Assembly (NCBI GenBank): GCA_041661645.1
Contig: JBAZUA010000003.1
Location: 86,841-150,840 of the forward strand
Origin: Minisyncoccota bacterium
Lineage (GTDB): Bacteria > Patescibacteriota > Minisyncoccia > Phycocordibacterales > UBA6065
DNA: 64,000 bases
Direction: 5' to 3'
Position 1 is the stretch's first letter. Each line of letters opens with the position of its first letter. The position numbers were made by a program, and so were the translations under genes. The notes under the pieces were generated by a model. It made no database searches. It was not told where the DNA came from and worked only from the letters and a program-made list of their open reading frames with translations. Positions 28,174 to 36,357 of this stretch are shown here, one piece after another.

Positions 28174-30447
28174 TTATAAAGATTTGTCAGAGTTATCCAC
28201 ATCATCGCCCGAATCATCGTCTCCCACGGCTGCCGCCGGGCTTGCACCGGCGACAGAGCGAGCCTTGGAGCCATCCGCGGCGCCTATGACTCCTCGTTCC
28301 TCGAGCAGGTCCATGAGGCGGGCGGCTCTAGAGTAGCCCACACGAAGCTTTCTCTGTATATAGGAGGTTGATGCCTTTCCTGCCTCGAGCACCACCTTGC
28401 GGGCCTCCTCGTACATGTCGTCATCATCGTCTCCCGCACCCTCCGGCTCGTCAAAGCTTGAAGAGAAGATGGCGTTAGGATCCTTTACCGCGTCGGGGCT
28501 GAGGTTTATCTCGTCATTGAGCTCCTCCGAATGGCTTGAAATAAGGTATTTGACCACGGCCTTCACCTCAGCCTCTGATATATAGGCCGACTGGATACGC
28601 GTGGGCTGGGACATCTCGCCGCCGAGATAGAGCATGTCTCCCTGACCGAGGAGCTTTTCGGCCCCCATCATGTCAAGAATGGTTCGGGAGTCGATCTGGG
28701 AGGCAACCTGAAGGGCGAGGCGGGCTGGGATGTTCGCCTTGATGAGGCCGGTAATGACATTGACTGAGGGTCGCTGGGTCGAGAGCATGAGGTGGATACC
28801 GACGGCTCGGGACATCTGGGCCAGGCGGACGATGCCGGCCTCGAGCTCGCGGGGGTATGTCTGCATGATGTCTGCAAGCTCGTCGATGATGACGACGATA
28901 TAGGGAAGGGGCTCTGGTCCGCGCTCCTCGGTTTCCTCGCCATCCTTTTTTATCTTGAACTTCTTTACAGAGGGCTCATAGATGTTTTTATGATACGAGT
29001 CGAGATCTCGCACGCCATGGGATTGGAGAACGTCATAGCGTCGATCCATCTCTTTGGCTGCCCATTTGAGGGAGAGGATGGCTTTCTTTGCGTCGGTGAT
29101 GACGGGGGTGAGGAGATGGGGAATCTTGTTATAGAGGGTGAGTTCGACGCGCTTTGGGTCGATCATGATGAATTTCAGCTTCTGAGGGGAGTTGCGGAAG
29201 AGAAGGGAGACGATAAGGGCGTGAATGGTGACGGACTTTCCGGAACCTGTGGCGCCCGCGATGAGAAGGTGGGGCATCTTGGCGACGTTGGCGAAATGGG
29301 CCTTGCCGGAGATTCCCTTGCCGAGGCCGACGAGAAGAGGCTTCTCCGATGTCTGGTATTCTTCCGCGGAAAGGAGCGTGCCGAGGCCGACGGTGGTCTT
29401 GGTGGTGTTCGGCATCTCGATGCCGACGAGGGACTTGCCCGGGATAGGGGCCTCGATGCGGAGAGGGTGGGCGGCCAGGGCAAGGGAGAGGTCGTTCTGG
29501 AGTCCGAGTATGCGGGAAACTTTGACGCCTTCGGCAGGCTTGAGGGCGTAGCGGGTGACTGATGGTCCGATAGACACCTCATCCATCTCGACGTTGATGC
29601 CGAAGTTCGCGAGGGTTCTCTTTATGATGTTGGCATTCGCCTTGACGTCGCCCACGACCGGTCGGCCCTTGTCCTTCTCGAGGAGGGTGAGTGGGGGAGG
29701 GGTGTACTCCTTGTCCGAGTCCTTGGACTTCTTGATGAAGTCCTTGCCTTCGTCTTCGTTGATCGCAACCTTAAACTTAGACGCCTTTTCCGTTTTTGGT
29801 TTCTCCTCCGTTTCAGCATCGTCCTTCTTCTCCTTTCGCTTCTTCGGAGTCTCTTCCTCGACGGGGAGTGACAGCTTGAGGTTCAGGTCCTCTTCCTCCT
29901 TCTCGTCCTCGTCGACGTTTTTCTTGTCGAAGGAGAGGAGTGATTTTATGTCGAGCTCTTCATTGAAGGCCACGAGCACCGAGACGATCACAAGCGCCGA
30001 GAGGACGACGAGGCTCGCTGACATGTCGAAGAGTCTCACGAAGGGCCAGGCAACCCAAGTGCCGATGAAGCCTCCGCTGCCGACAGACACTATATCTATG
30101 ATTCCCAGGGTGAAGGTCAGGAAGCCCAGTGAGCCATAGAGTTTGATGGCGTTGAATCGGCTGTGGATATTTCGAAGGGACAAGGTTCCCAGTATGAAGA
30201 ATATGAGGGGGAGAAGATAGTAGCCCACGCCGAGGAGATAGGAGAGTCCCTTATAGGTGTAATGACCCGCCGCCCCGCCGCCCCAGATGGCGAGGGATGT
30301 AAACACCGCAAGGGTAAACCAGAGCACCGCAAAGATTCCCTGTATCGTCTCGTCATGGAGGCCGGAGAGTATCCCGGCCGACGCCTCTTTCTTTTCCGTC
30401 TTTCTGCTGATTTTTTCGGGCTTGTCGGCCTGTTTCTTTTTTGCCAT
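28174..30447 (-). CDS. ftsK: DNA translocase FtsK/SpoIIIE
   Basis: 4 N-terminal TM helices, acidic linker, motor domain with Walker A GATGSGKS, C-terminal gamma wHTH; start at MAKKKQ (the ORF upstream of it reads through the promoter region). Confidence 0.9.
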   Translation of the reverse strand: MAKKKQADKPEKISRKTEKKEASAGILSGLHDETIQGIFAVLWFTLAVFTSLAIWGGGAAGHYTYKGLSYLLGVGYYLLPLIFFILGTLSLRNIHSRFNAIKLYGSLGFLTFTLGIIDIVSVGSGGFIGTWVAWPFVRLFDMSASLVVLSALVIVSVLVAFNEELDIKSLLSFDKKNVDEDEKEEEDLNLKLSLPVEEETPKKRKEKKDDAETEEKPKTEKASKFKVAINEDEGKDFIKKSKDSDKEYTPPPLTLLEKDKGRPVVGDVKANANIIKRTLANFGINVEMDEVSIGPSVTRYALKPAEGVKVSRILGLQNDLSLALAAHPLRIEAPIPGKSLVGIEMPNTTKTTVGLGTLLSAEEYQTSEKPLLVGLGKGISGKAHFANVAKMPHLLIAGATGSGKSVTIHALIVSLLFRNSPQKLKFIMIDPKRVELTLYNKIPHLLTPVITDAKKAILSLKWAAKEMDRRYDVLQSHGVRDLDSYHKNIYEPSVKKFKIKKDGEETEERGPEPLPYIVVIIDELADIMQTYPRELEAGIVRLAQMSRAVGIHLMLSTQRPSVNVITGLIKANIPARLALQVASQIDSRTILDMMGAEKLLGQGDMLYLGGEMSQPTRIQSAYISEAEVKAVVKYLISSHSEELNDEINLSPDAVKDPNAIFSSSFDEPEGAGDDDDDMYEEARKVVLEAGKASTSYIQRKLRVGYSRAARLMDLLEERGVIGAADGSKARSVAGASPAAAVGDDDSGDDVDNSDKSL

Positions 30448-30573
30448 GCGGCCATTATACCACTTTACATAAGGCTGTAATAAGGCCCGTTTGCGTCCCG
30501 GGATATTTCGTGTCGCAGGGCGTAAATGCCCTTTACGTCCTTTACCTCTCGGACATATAATGGACAGACTCTC

Positions 30574-30602
30574 TTGACATTTTCCTATAAAGGACATATT
30601 AT
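30574..30602 (+). promoter_or_regulatory. candidate sigma70 promoter (TTGACA-17-TATTAT) for the 30665 gene in the ftsK divergent region
   Basis: Hexamers with 17-nt spacing about 60 nt upstream of the ORF. Confidence 0.35.
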
Positions 30603-30664
30603 ATATAGGACAAAAACAAGGTTCCGGAAGAGACAAACTAAAGGACGAATCATAAAAGACATAT

Positions 30665-31444
30665 ATGGAATCACCTCGAATGGACACGGATAAGACGATG
30701 GGAGGCATAATGGTCTTCAGCCAGAATAACCATTTCGCCTATATCTATAAAAAGACCGAGAAGCTCGTCACGGCGGTCTATATGATTACTAATTTCATCA
30801 AGGACAACGAGCCTCTCAAGTGGCGCATTCGAGAGAAGTCTCTCGAGCTCCTCTCCCTTAACGTGTCTCTGAACACGGTGTCCCTCTCGGACAGGAAGGA
30901 CCTTCTCAAGAAGTATCGGGCGCGCTCGGTCGAGATTGTGTCCCTTTCGAGCATCGCCAATCATTCCGGCCTTATCTCAGAAATGAACTGCGATATCCTT
31001 AAAAGGGAATTCAACAATCTTGCTTCAACGATAGAGAAAGACGAAAACAAGAAGGCAAGCGAGGAGACCGTCATTCTGAGTCCGAGCTTTTTTGATACTC
31101 CTATCGCGTCTCAGCAGATCCAGGAACAGACCCAATTGGCCCCAAGGGTAGTTCCCGTGCCGTCTGCCCAAATCGCCCCCATCGCCGCGGCCCCTCAGAA
31201 TGTCCTTTATAAGAGACAGGGGGTCTCACAGGCTACGCCAAGGAAGGCTGAGTCAAAGAACGATCGTCAGGAGTCTATACTTAAGGTCCTTTCAACTCGG
31301 AACAAGCTTTCCGTAAAGGACTTTACCGATACCATCAAAGGCGTGAGCGAGAAAACTATCCAGCGCGAGCTTCTGTCGATGGTTTCCTCGGGTGTCCTTA
31401 AGAAAGAGGGGGAGAGGCGCTGGAGTACCTACTCTATTGCCTAG
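30665..31444 (+). CDS. hypothetical protein with predicted C-terminal winged-helix (HTH) DNA-binding domain
   Basis: C-terminus RQESILKVLSTRNKLSVKDFTDTIKGVSEKTIQRELLSMVSSGVLKKEG resembles a DeoR/HTH_11-type wHTH; Gln/Pro-rich linker; start uncertain. Confidence 0.4.
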   Translation: MESPRMDTDKTMGGIMVFSQNNHFAYIYKKTEKLVTAVYMITNFIKDNEPLKWRIREKSLELLSLNVSLNTVSLSDRKDLLKKYRARSVEIVSLSSIANHSGLISEMNCDILKREFNNLASTIEKDENKKASEETVILSPSFFDTPIASQQIQEQTQLAPRVVPVPSAQIAPIAAAPQNVLYKRQGVSQATPRKAESKNDRQESILKVLSTRNKLSVKDFTDTIKGVSEKTIQRELLSMVSSGVLKKEGERRWSTYSIA

Positions 31445-31946
31445 GGCTCAAGCCGCTTGCCTTTAGGGTCATTTTGGTGTAGTATTGATGGGTGGATAGC
31501 AGTTATCCACATTCCATTATTTGAGGCCATTTGCACGCAAATGCCTCAAATTATATACTTATGGGAAGTCCCTGTGAGTATTCCTTGGCCCTTGAAAACC
31601 GAATAGCGATTTCAATCACCGATAATCTGAATTTGATTCCGGACGGAATGCCGTATTTCCGAATAACCACTTCATCCTATCAACTATCCCCGAGCCTTGT
31701 GTCGATCTCTCGGGCGAATCAAAAGTTCGCTCGAGAGAAAAATGAGTATCGGGGAATAGTGGAGCGATGGACGTGACGAGTAATATCGTCACGGCCCATG
31801 CGCACACATTCCTTCTCGTTGCCGTCGAAGCGTGAGAGGGAGTGACGGCCGGCTTTAGCTTAGTCACACAGAAGTCTGATATTGCGGACAATTAAAAGTT
31901 ATCCCGCGGTCCAGGCTTCTTCATTACTTAAAGTACACACTTATAT

Positions 31947-33890
31947 ATGTCAACCAATAAAATCGTTGCGGCAGCAGTGGGATTCTCACTCGCCTTCGCA
32001 GCTTTCGTAGGAGTTGGAGCAGCATCGGCAGGCGCACAGTCTATGACTTTGAGCCAGCTCGTTGACCTCTTCATCTCTCTCGGAATCATCTCTTCTGACA
32101 AGGCAGCAGCAGCAAAGGCAGCTGTTACCTCTTCCGCAACCGTCGCAGCTACTACCTTCAGCAAGGATCTCACCATCGGTTCTACCGGTGCTGATGTTTC
32201 CGCTCTCCAGGCAGCAGTCGGCGTAACTCCTGCTACTGGCTACTTCGGTGCAATCACCAAGGCAGCTGTTCAGGCTTACCAGACTTCAAAGGGAATCAGC
32301 GCTACCGGTTACGTAGGACCACTCACCCGAGCGGCTCTCAACGGATCAGTAACGACTACGACCACGACCACCACTACGACCCCTTCGACCACCACGACCA
32401 CGACCGTAGTTAACTCTGGCGTAGAAGGAATTCTTACCGCAGACAAGGCTTCTATCTCTAACTCGACCGTTTACGAGGGAGACACGATGCACACTGTTCT
32501 CGGTATCAAGCTCCAGGCCCGACTCTCTGACATCAACGTACAGCGCGTTCGATTGAACCTCGGTGCAGATACTTCTATCTACACGAAGGCATTCAAGACG
32601 ATGTACCTCGTTGACGACGCAGGAAAGGTCATCGCTCAGGCAGACCTCAACTCAAACACTGTTGTAAAGGATAGCTCTGTCTATCTCCTTACCTTCGGTG
32701 GATTCAACTACGCAGTTGCAAAGGATACTACCAAGTACCTCTGGGTTAAGGCTGATGCTTACTCGTCGTTCAAGACCACTGGAAGCACGAACTGTGCTTC
32801 TACGGCCTCGACTTGTACCATCGCTCTCGCCGACAGCAACGGAGTTCGAGGAGTTGACGGAGCAGGTATTGATCAGAATGCTGGTGGAACCACCGGTTTC
32901 GCTCAGACCATTACCCTCCAGACCAGCCTCATCGAAAACGCTACCCTTGACCTTTCTGTCAGCCCATCAAACGTCAAGACTGGCGATGTAGTTGCTTCGG
33001 AAGGTGCAAACAATGACGAGCTTGATCAGATGTCAGTTCTCGTGTTTGACGTTCGCGCAAACAAGGACTCACTCGACATCACTGACCTCACTGCAAGCAT
33101 CACTTCGACCGCAGCTCTCGCTACCGCAACGACCGCTTACCTCTACGATGGTTCAACCCTCGTCCAGACTGAGTCGATCAACGGTACGACCGTAACCTTC
33201 TCTGACATCAGCAACCTCTCTGTCGCAAAGGACACCACTAAGTCCCTTACGCTCAAGATTGATGTTCGAAGCGCCGTCGCTACTCCTGATTCGTTCGCCG
33301 CATCTATCGCTGCAAGCGGTATAACTGCTGAGAACTCATTGGGTACTACTGTACGCAACACTTCAGCTATCACTGGTGAGAATCAGATTGTCCGAAACGC
33401 AGGTCCAGTATTCACTCTTAAGAGCATCGTCAACGGTACTCCTTCGAAGACTACTGACCAGAACGGTCAGGCAACTTCTACCTTGCCTGTAACCTTCAAC
33501 CTCAACATTGCTGCCAAGGGATCAGACATCACCTTCGGTGCAAACGGTGGGGTTTGGGCTCTCGCAACGACCGGTCAGGCTGTCTTCTACGAGAACAACG
33601 TACTTACCGCAACCTCAAGCATCATGGCTTCTGGCTCTAACGTATCTGTTCTCTACACGGCACCTTCGACTGGTGTAACTAACGGAACCGACGTCTTCAC
33701 TCTTGCAAAGGGTGCAAACATTGACCTTCCTGTTATCGTAAGCATCACGGTTGGAAAGGCTTCTGGATCTGCAGCATACTCTGTTGGATTCAGCGGATTC
33801 AACTGGGGTCTCTCTGGAGCGGCTACTACGACTTCTACCTTCATGTCTGGTAAGACTGAGTGGAGAAGCACGAACGTAACCCTTCCTTAG
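31947..33890 (+). CDS. secreted cell-surface protein: signal peptide, peptidoglycan-binding domain, poly-Thr linker, large beta-rich domain (S-layer-like candidate)
   Basis: Signal peptide (AFAAFVGVGAASAGAQS); PG_binding_1-like repeat (GADVSALQAAVGV..TGYFGAITKAAVQAYQ...GYVGPLTRAAL); TTTTTTTTTPSTTTTTT linker; codon usage differs from neighbours (more GCA/GCT/TCT); own terminator. Confidence 0.65.
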   Translation: MSTNKIVAAAVGFSLAFAAFVGVGAASAGAQSMTLSQLVDLFISLGIISSDKAAAAKAAVTSSATVAATTFSKDLTIGSTGADVSALQAAVGVTPATGYFGAITKAAVQAYQTSKGISATGYVGPLTRAALNGSVTTTTTTTTTTPSTTTTTTVVNSGVEGILTADKASISNSTVYEGDTMHTVLGIKLQARLSDINVQRVRLNLGADTSIYTKAFKTMYLVDDAGKVIAQADLNSNTVVKDSSVYLLTFGGFNYAVAKDTTKYLWVKADAYSSFKTTGSTNCASTASTCTIALADSNGVRGVDGAGIDQNAGGTTGFAQTITLQTSLIENATLDLSVSPSNVKTGDVVASEGANNDELDQMSVLVFDVRANKDSLDITDLTASITSTAALATATTAYLYDGSTLVQTESINGTTVTFSDISNLSVAKDTTKSLTLKIDVRSAVATPDSFAASIAASGITAENSLGTTVRNTSAITGENQIVRNAGPVFTLKSIVNGTPSKTTDQNGQATSTLPVTFNLNIAAKGSDITFGANGGVWALATTGQAVFYENNVLTATSSIMASGSNVSVLYTAPSTGVTNGTDVFTLAKGANIDLPVIVSITVGKASGSAAYSVGFSGFNWGLSGAATTTSTFMSGKTEWRSTNVTLP

Positions 33891-33941
33891 TAGGAAAGTT
33901 ACTGGACATAGCGCTGAATCGAAAGGTTTAGCCTAGTTCAA

Positions 33942-33976
33942 GCAAAAGCCGCACGAGCAATCGTGCGGCTTTTGCG
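33942..33976 (+). terminator. rho-independent terminator after the surface-protein gene
   Basis: CAAAAGCCGCACGAgcaaTCGTGCGGCTTTTGCG. Confidence 0.8.
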
Positions 33977-34042
33977 TTGGGAGAAAAGGAGATTGTTCTA
34001 TATAATAGGGCTATGAAAAAGGCATCGAACGAGGGCGGGTTC

Positions 34043-35005
34043 ATGAAGAAGATAGTCATAGTGACCGTGGCGGCCTGCATTGCATTTGTATTCCTATTCA
34101 AGTTTCTCCAGGATTTTCAGGCGACATCGTTCATCAACCTTTCCTCGGGCACGAATTATACGAGCCGATATCAGTCCGCGACGAACCCTTTGCTCGACTT
34201 TGGCAATTCCTCATATAGCCCATATTCGGACGATTCGAACAGGAGCGTGCCAAACTCTGATGGCAAGTTCACGTCGCCATATGCGGCGCAGGTAAGGTTG
34301 TCTTCTGGTAGCGCGAGCCAGGCTAATCAGACCTATGAGGAATACGTGACGCTCACCAACAGCGGCGCGCCCATCAACATTACGGGCTGGGTCATTGCAA
34401 ACGGCAAGGGGTCGAGGCCGATAGAGAATACTCAGATAAGCTATGCATATCCGGTAGCCGATTCTGCGACCATAGGGCAGGGGACCGAGTTCGTCTCCCC
34501 GGACGGCAAGTTTCAGGTTGGACCGATAGTTCTCAAGAGGGGCGACACGGCAATTCTTCAGACGGGAAGGCCCTTCTCGCAGTTTCCCTTTGCCCTCTAC
34601 ACGAGCTTCCGCGAGAACATGTGCATGGGCTATCTCGACAAATATCCTCTCGCGCCGCAGCTCAGCCTGTCATGCCCGTTCCCGACCAGCGACCCTTTCA
34701 TTCGAACGGTGACAGATCAGTGCTATGACTATCTCAACTCGCTTGCCCGCTGCCAGAGCCCGCAGGATGCGGTAAAGGGCCCGGAGAAGGATAGATATGA
34801 TCTTCTGACCTCCCAGTGCAAGTCTTTTGTCACCTCTCGCCTGAATTATCAGAGCTGCGTGGAGAATAATAGGGACGCCCAGGGCTTCTCGACCAATCAG
34901 TGGCGCGTGTTCCTCAACAGGGATCGCGAGCTTTGGGCAAGCTCCCGCGAGACCATCACCCTTTACGACGCTCAGGGATATGTGGTGGATAGGTTAACTT
35001 ACTGA
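34043..35005 (+). CDS. lamin-tail-domain (LTD) protein with N-terminal membrane anchor and C-terminal Cys-rich domain
   Basis: LTD motif EEYVTLTNSGAPINITGWVI; N-terminal TM; 8 Cys in the C-terminal 100 aa; alternative start at 34013. Confidence 0.65.
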   Translation: MKKIVIVTVAACIAFVFLFKFLQDFQATSFINLSSGTNYTSRYQSATNPLLDFGNSSYSPYSDDSNRSVPNSDGKFTSPYAAQVRLSSGSASQANQTYEEYVTLTNSGAPINITGWVIANGKGSRPIENTQISYAYPVADSATIGQGTEFVSPDGKFQVGPIVLKRGDTAILQTGRPFSQFPFALYTSFRENMCMGYLDKYPLAPQLSLSCPFPTSDPFIRTVTDQCYDYLNSLARCQSPQDAVKGPEKDRYDLLTSQCKSFVTSRLNYQSCVENNRDAQGFSTNQWRVFLNRDRELWASSRETITLYDAQGYVVDRLTY

Positions 35006-35046
35006 TTTCTTTAGGATTTCTTCGGCGGTCCTTCATGGCCTAATTG

Positions 35047-35076
35047 ATATTGTTTCTTCATATGAAGAAACAATAT
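35047..35076 (+). terminator. 30-bp perfect palindrome ATATTGTTTCTTCATATGAAGAAACAATAT plus T-tract, spanning the start codon of the next gene
   Basis: Perfect dyad centred on CATATG; the ATG at 35062 lies in the 3' arm; followed by TTTTTATTT. Confidence 0.55.
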
Positions 35077-36357
35077 TTTTATTTCACGATGATTGGAAGG
35101 AGGGTCTTTTGTCTGTCTGTCGCCATTCTGTCTGCCTTTGTCGCGCCAGTTGTTGCCTGCGCCCAGGTTATCATCACGGAGATAATGTACGATGTGCCCG
35201 GCCCGGATACGGGAAGGGAATGGATCGAGGTGAAAAATTCCGGTTCAGAGCCCGTAGATCTTTCAACGTGGAAACTGTTCGAGGCCAATACAAATCACAA
35301 GATAGTCGCCGTCGGAGCGGCGATCGTCGCACGGGGTTCCTTTGCCGTGATCGCTGATGTTCCTGAAAAGTTTATTGCCGATAATCCCGGTTTCTCCGGT
35401 CAGGTGTTCGATAGCACGTTCTCGCTTTCGGGCGACGGGGAGACGTTGGTCGTTCGTGATTCGTCCGGGGCCGATAGCGATTCGGTCTCGTATGACCCAT
35501 CGATCGGAGCCAAGGGAGACGGCCTTTCGTTGCAAAGGACATCCGATGGGAGGTGGATTGCCGCCAATCCTACCCTGGCCGCGCTGACCATCGCCACCCA
35601 GTCTGAGACAGTGAGGGTTCCTTCCAGTGAAACCGAAATATCCGCATCCGAGGCGCCTCCCTTGGCCGTGTCCGCCCCACAGGATTCTCAGGCAAATTCA
35701 GCCTATGCGAGCCAAGCCTTGGCGAACACGTCGGCAGATCAGTCTGACCTCGAGGTGACGTCTGGTCGGACGAGGCTCGGTTTCGTGGATACCGCGCTTG
35801 AGTTTCGGGCCAAGGTTCGAAAGGGAGGAAGTCCCACATCGACCATCGAGCATATTTGGTCCATGGGGGATGGGTCAATTTACCACGGGACGATCATAGA
35901 TCATGCCTACAGATTCGGCGGCCTTTATTCGGTCATTTTGAACAGTTCGACAAAACATTCTCAGGCCGTATCAAAGGTGTCCGTAAGGATTCTCGAACCG
36001 AGAATCTCCATTGTCGCCGTAACTGATCAGTATGTCGAGATACGAAACGATGATTCATCCGAGCTCAACCTGGGTGGCTGGTCAATCCAAACCGAGGTGA
36101 ATAGGTTTATCGTGGGCGACGATACGATAATGGCCCCTGGCATATCCGTGAAGTTTGCCTTTGCCGCGATTCCTCGGTTCGCCCCGCCCAAGGAATTCAT
36201 TCGCATCCTCAGCCCCTTCGGTCGCATCTTTGCCGAGTGGCACCCTGGCGTCGTGGCGGGGATAGCCCCGGATGGGGTGCTCATCGAATTGCCAGAGGGG
36301 ATGACGAGGGAATCACTCGAGACACTGTTTCGTAATGTTGTAAACAGCCATGAGTAA
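35062..36357 (+). CDS. tandem lamin-tail-domain (LTD) secreted protein
   Basis: LTD1 IITEIMYDVPGPDTGREWIEVKNSGSEPVDLSTWKL; LTD2 YVEIRNDDSSELNLGGWSI; N-terminal signal/anchor; Ser/Ala-rich linker. Confidence 0.7.
   Translation: MKKQYFYFTMIGRRVFCLSVAILSAFVAPVVACAQVIITEIMYDVPGPDTGREWIEVKNSGSEPVDLSTWKLFEANTNHKIVAVGAAIVARGSFAVIADVPEKFIADNPGFSGQVFDSTFSLSGDGETLVVRDSSGADSDSVSYDPSIGAKGDGLSLQRTSDGRWIAANPTLAALTIATQSETVRVPSSETEISASEAPPLAVSAPQDSQANSAYASQALANTSADQSDLEVTSGRTRLGFVDTALEFRAKVRKGGSPTSTIEHIWSMGDGSIYHGTIIDHAYRFGGLYSVILNSSTKHSQAVSKVSVRILEPRISIVAVTDQYVEIRNDDSSELNLGGWSIQTEVNRFIVGDDTIMAPGISVKFAFAAIPRFAPPKEFIRILSPFGRIFAEWHPGVVAGIAPDGVLIELPEGMTRESLETLFRNVVNSHE

Noticed and set aside
31531-31776. 81-aa ORF inside the 5' UTR of the surface protein gene
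   Set aside because: No start context, and composition unlike genes here; the region is better explained as a structured UTR.
32344-32405. ACGACC-type repeat tract encoding TTTTTTTTTPSTTTTTT in the surface protein
   Set aside because: Imperfect codon-level repeat encoding a Thr linker, not a tandem DNA repeat array or CRISPR. It could be a slippage hotspot but there is no evidence for that.
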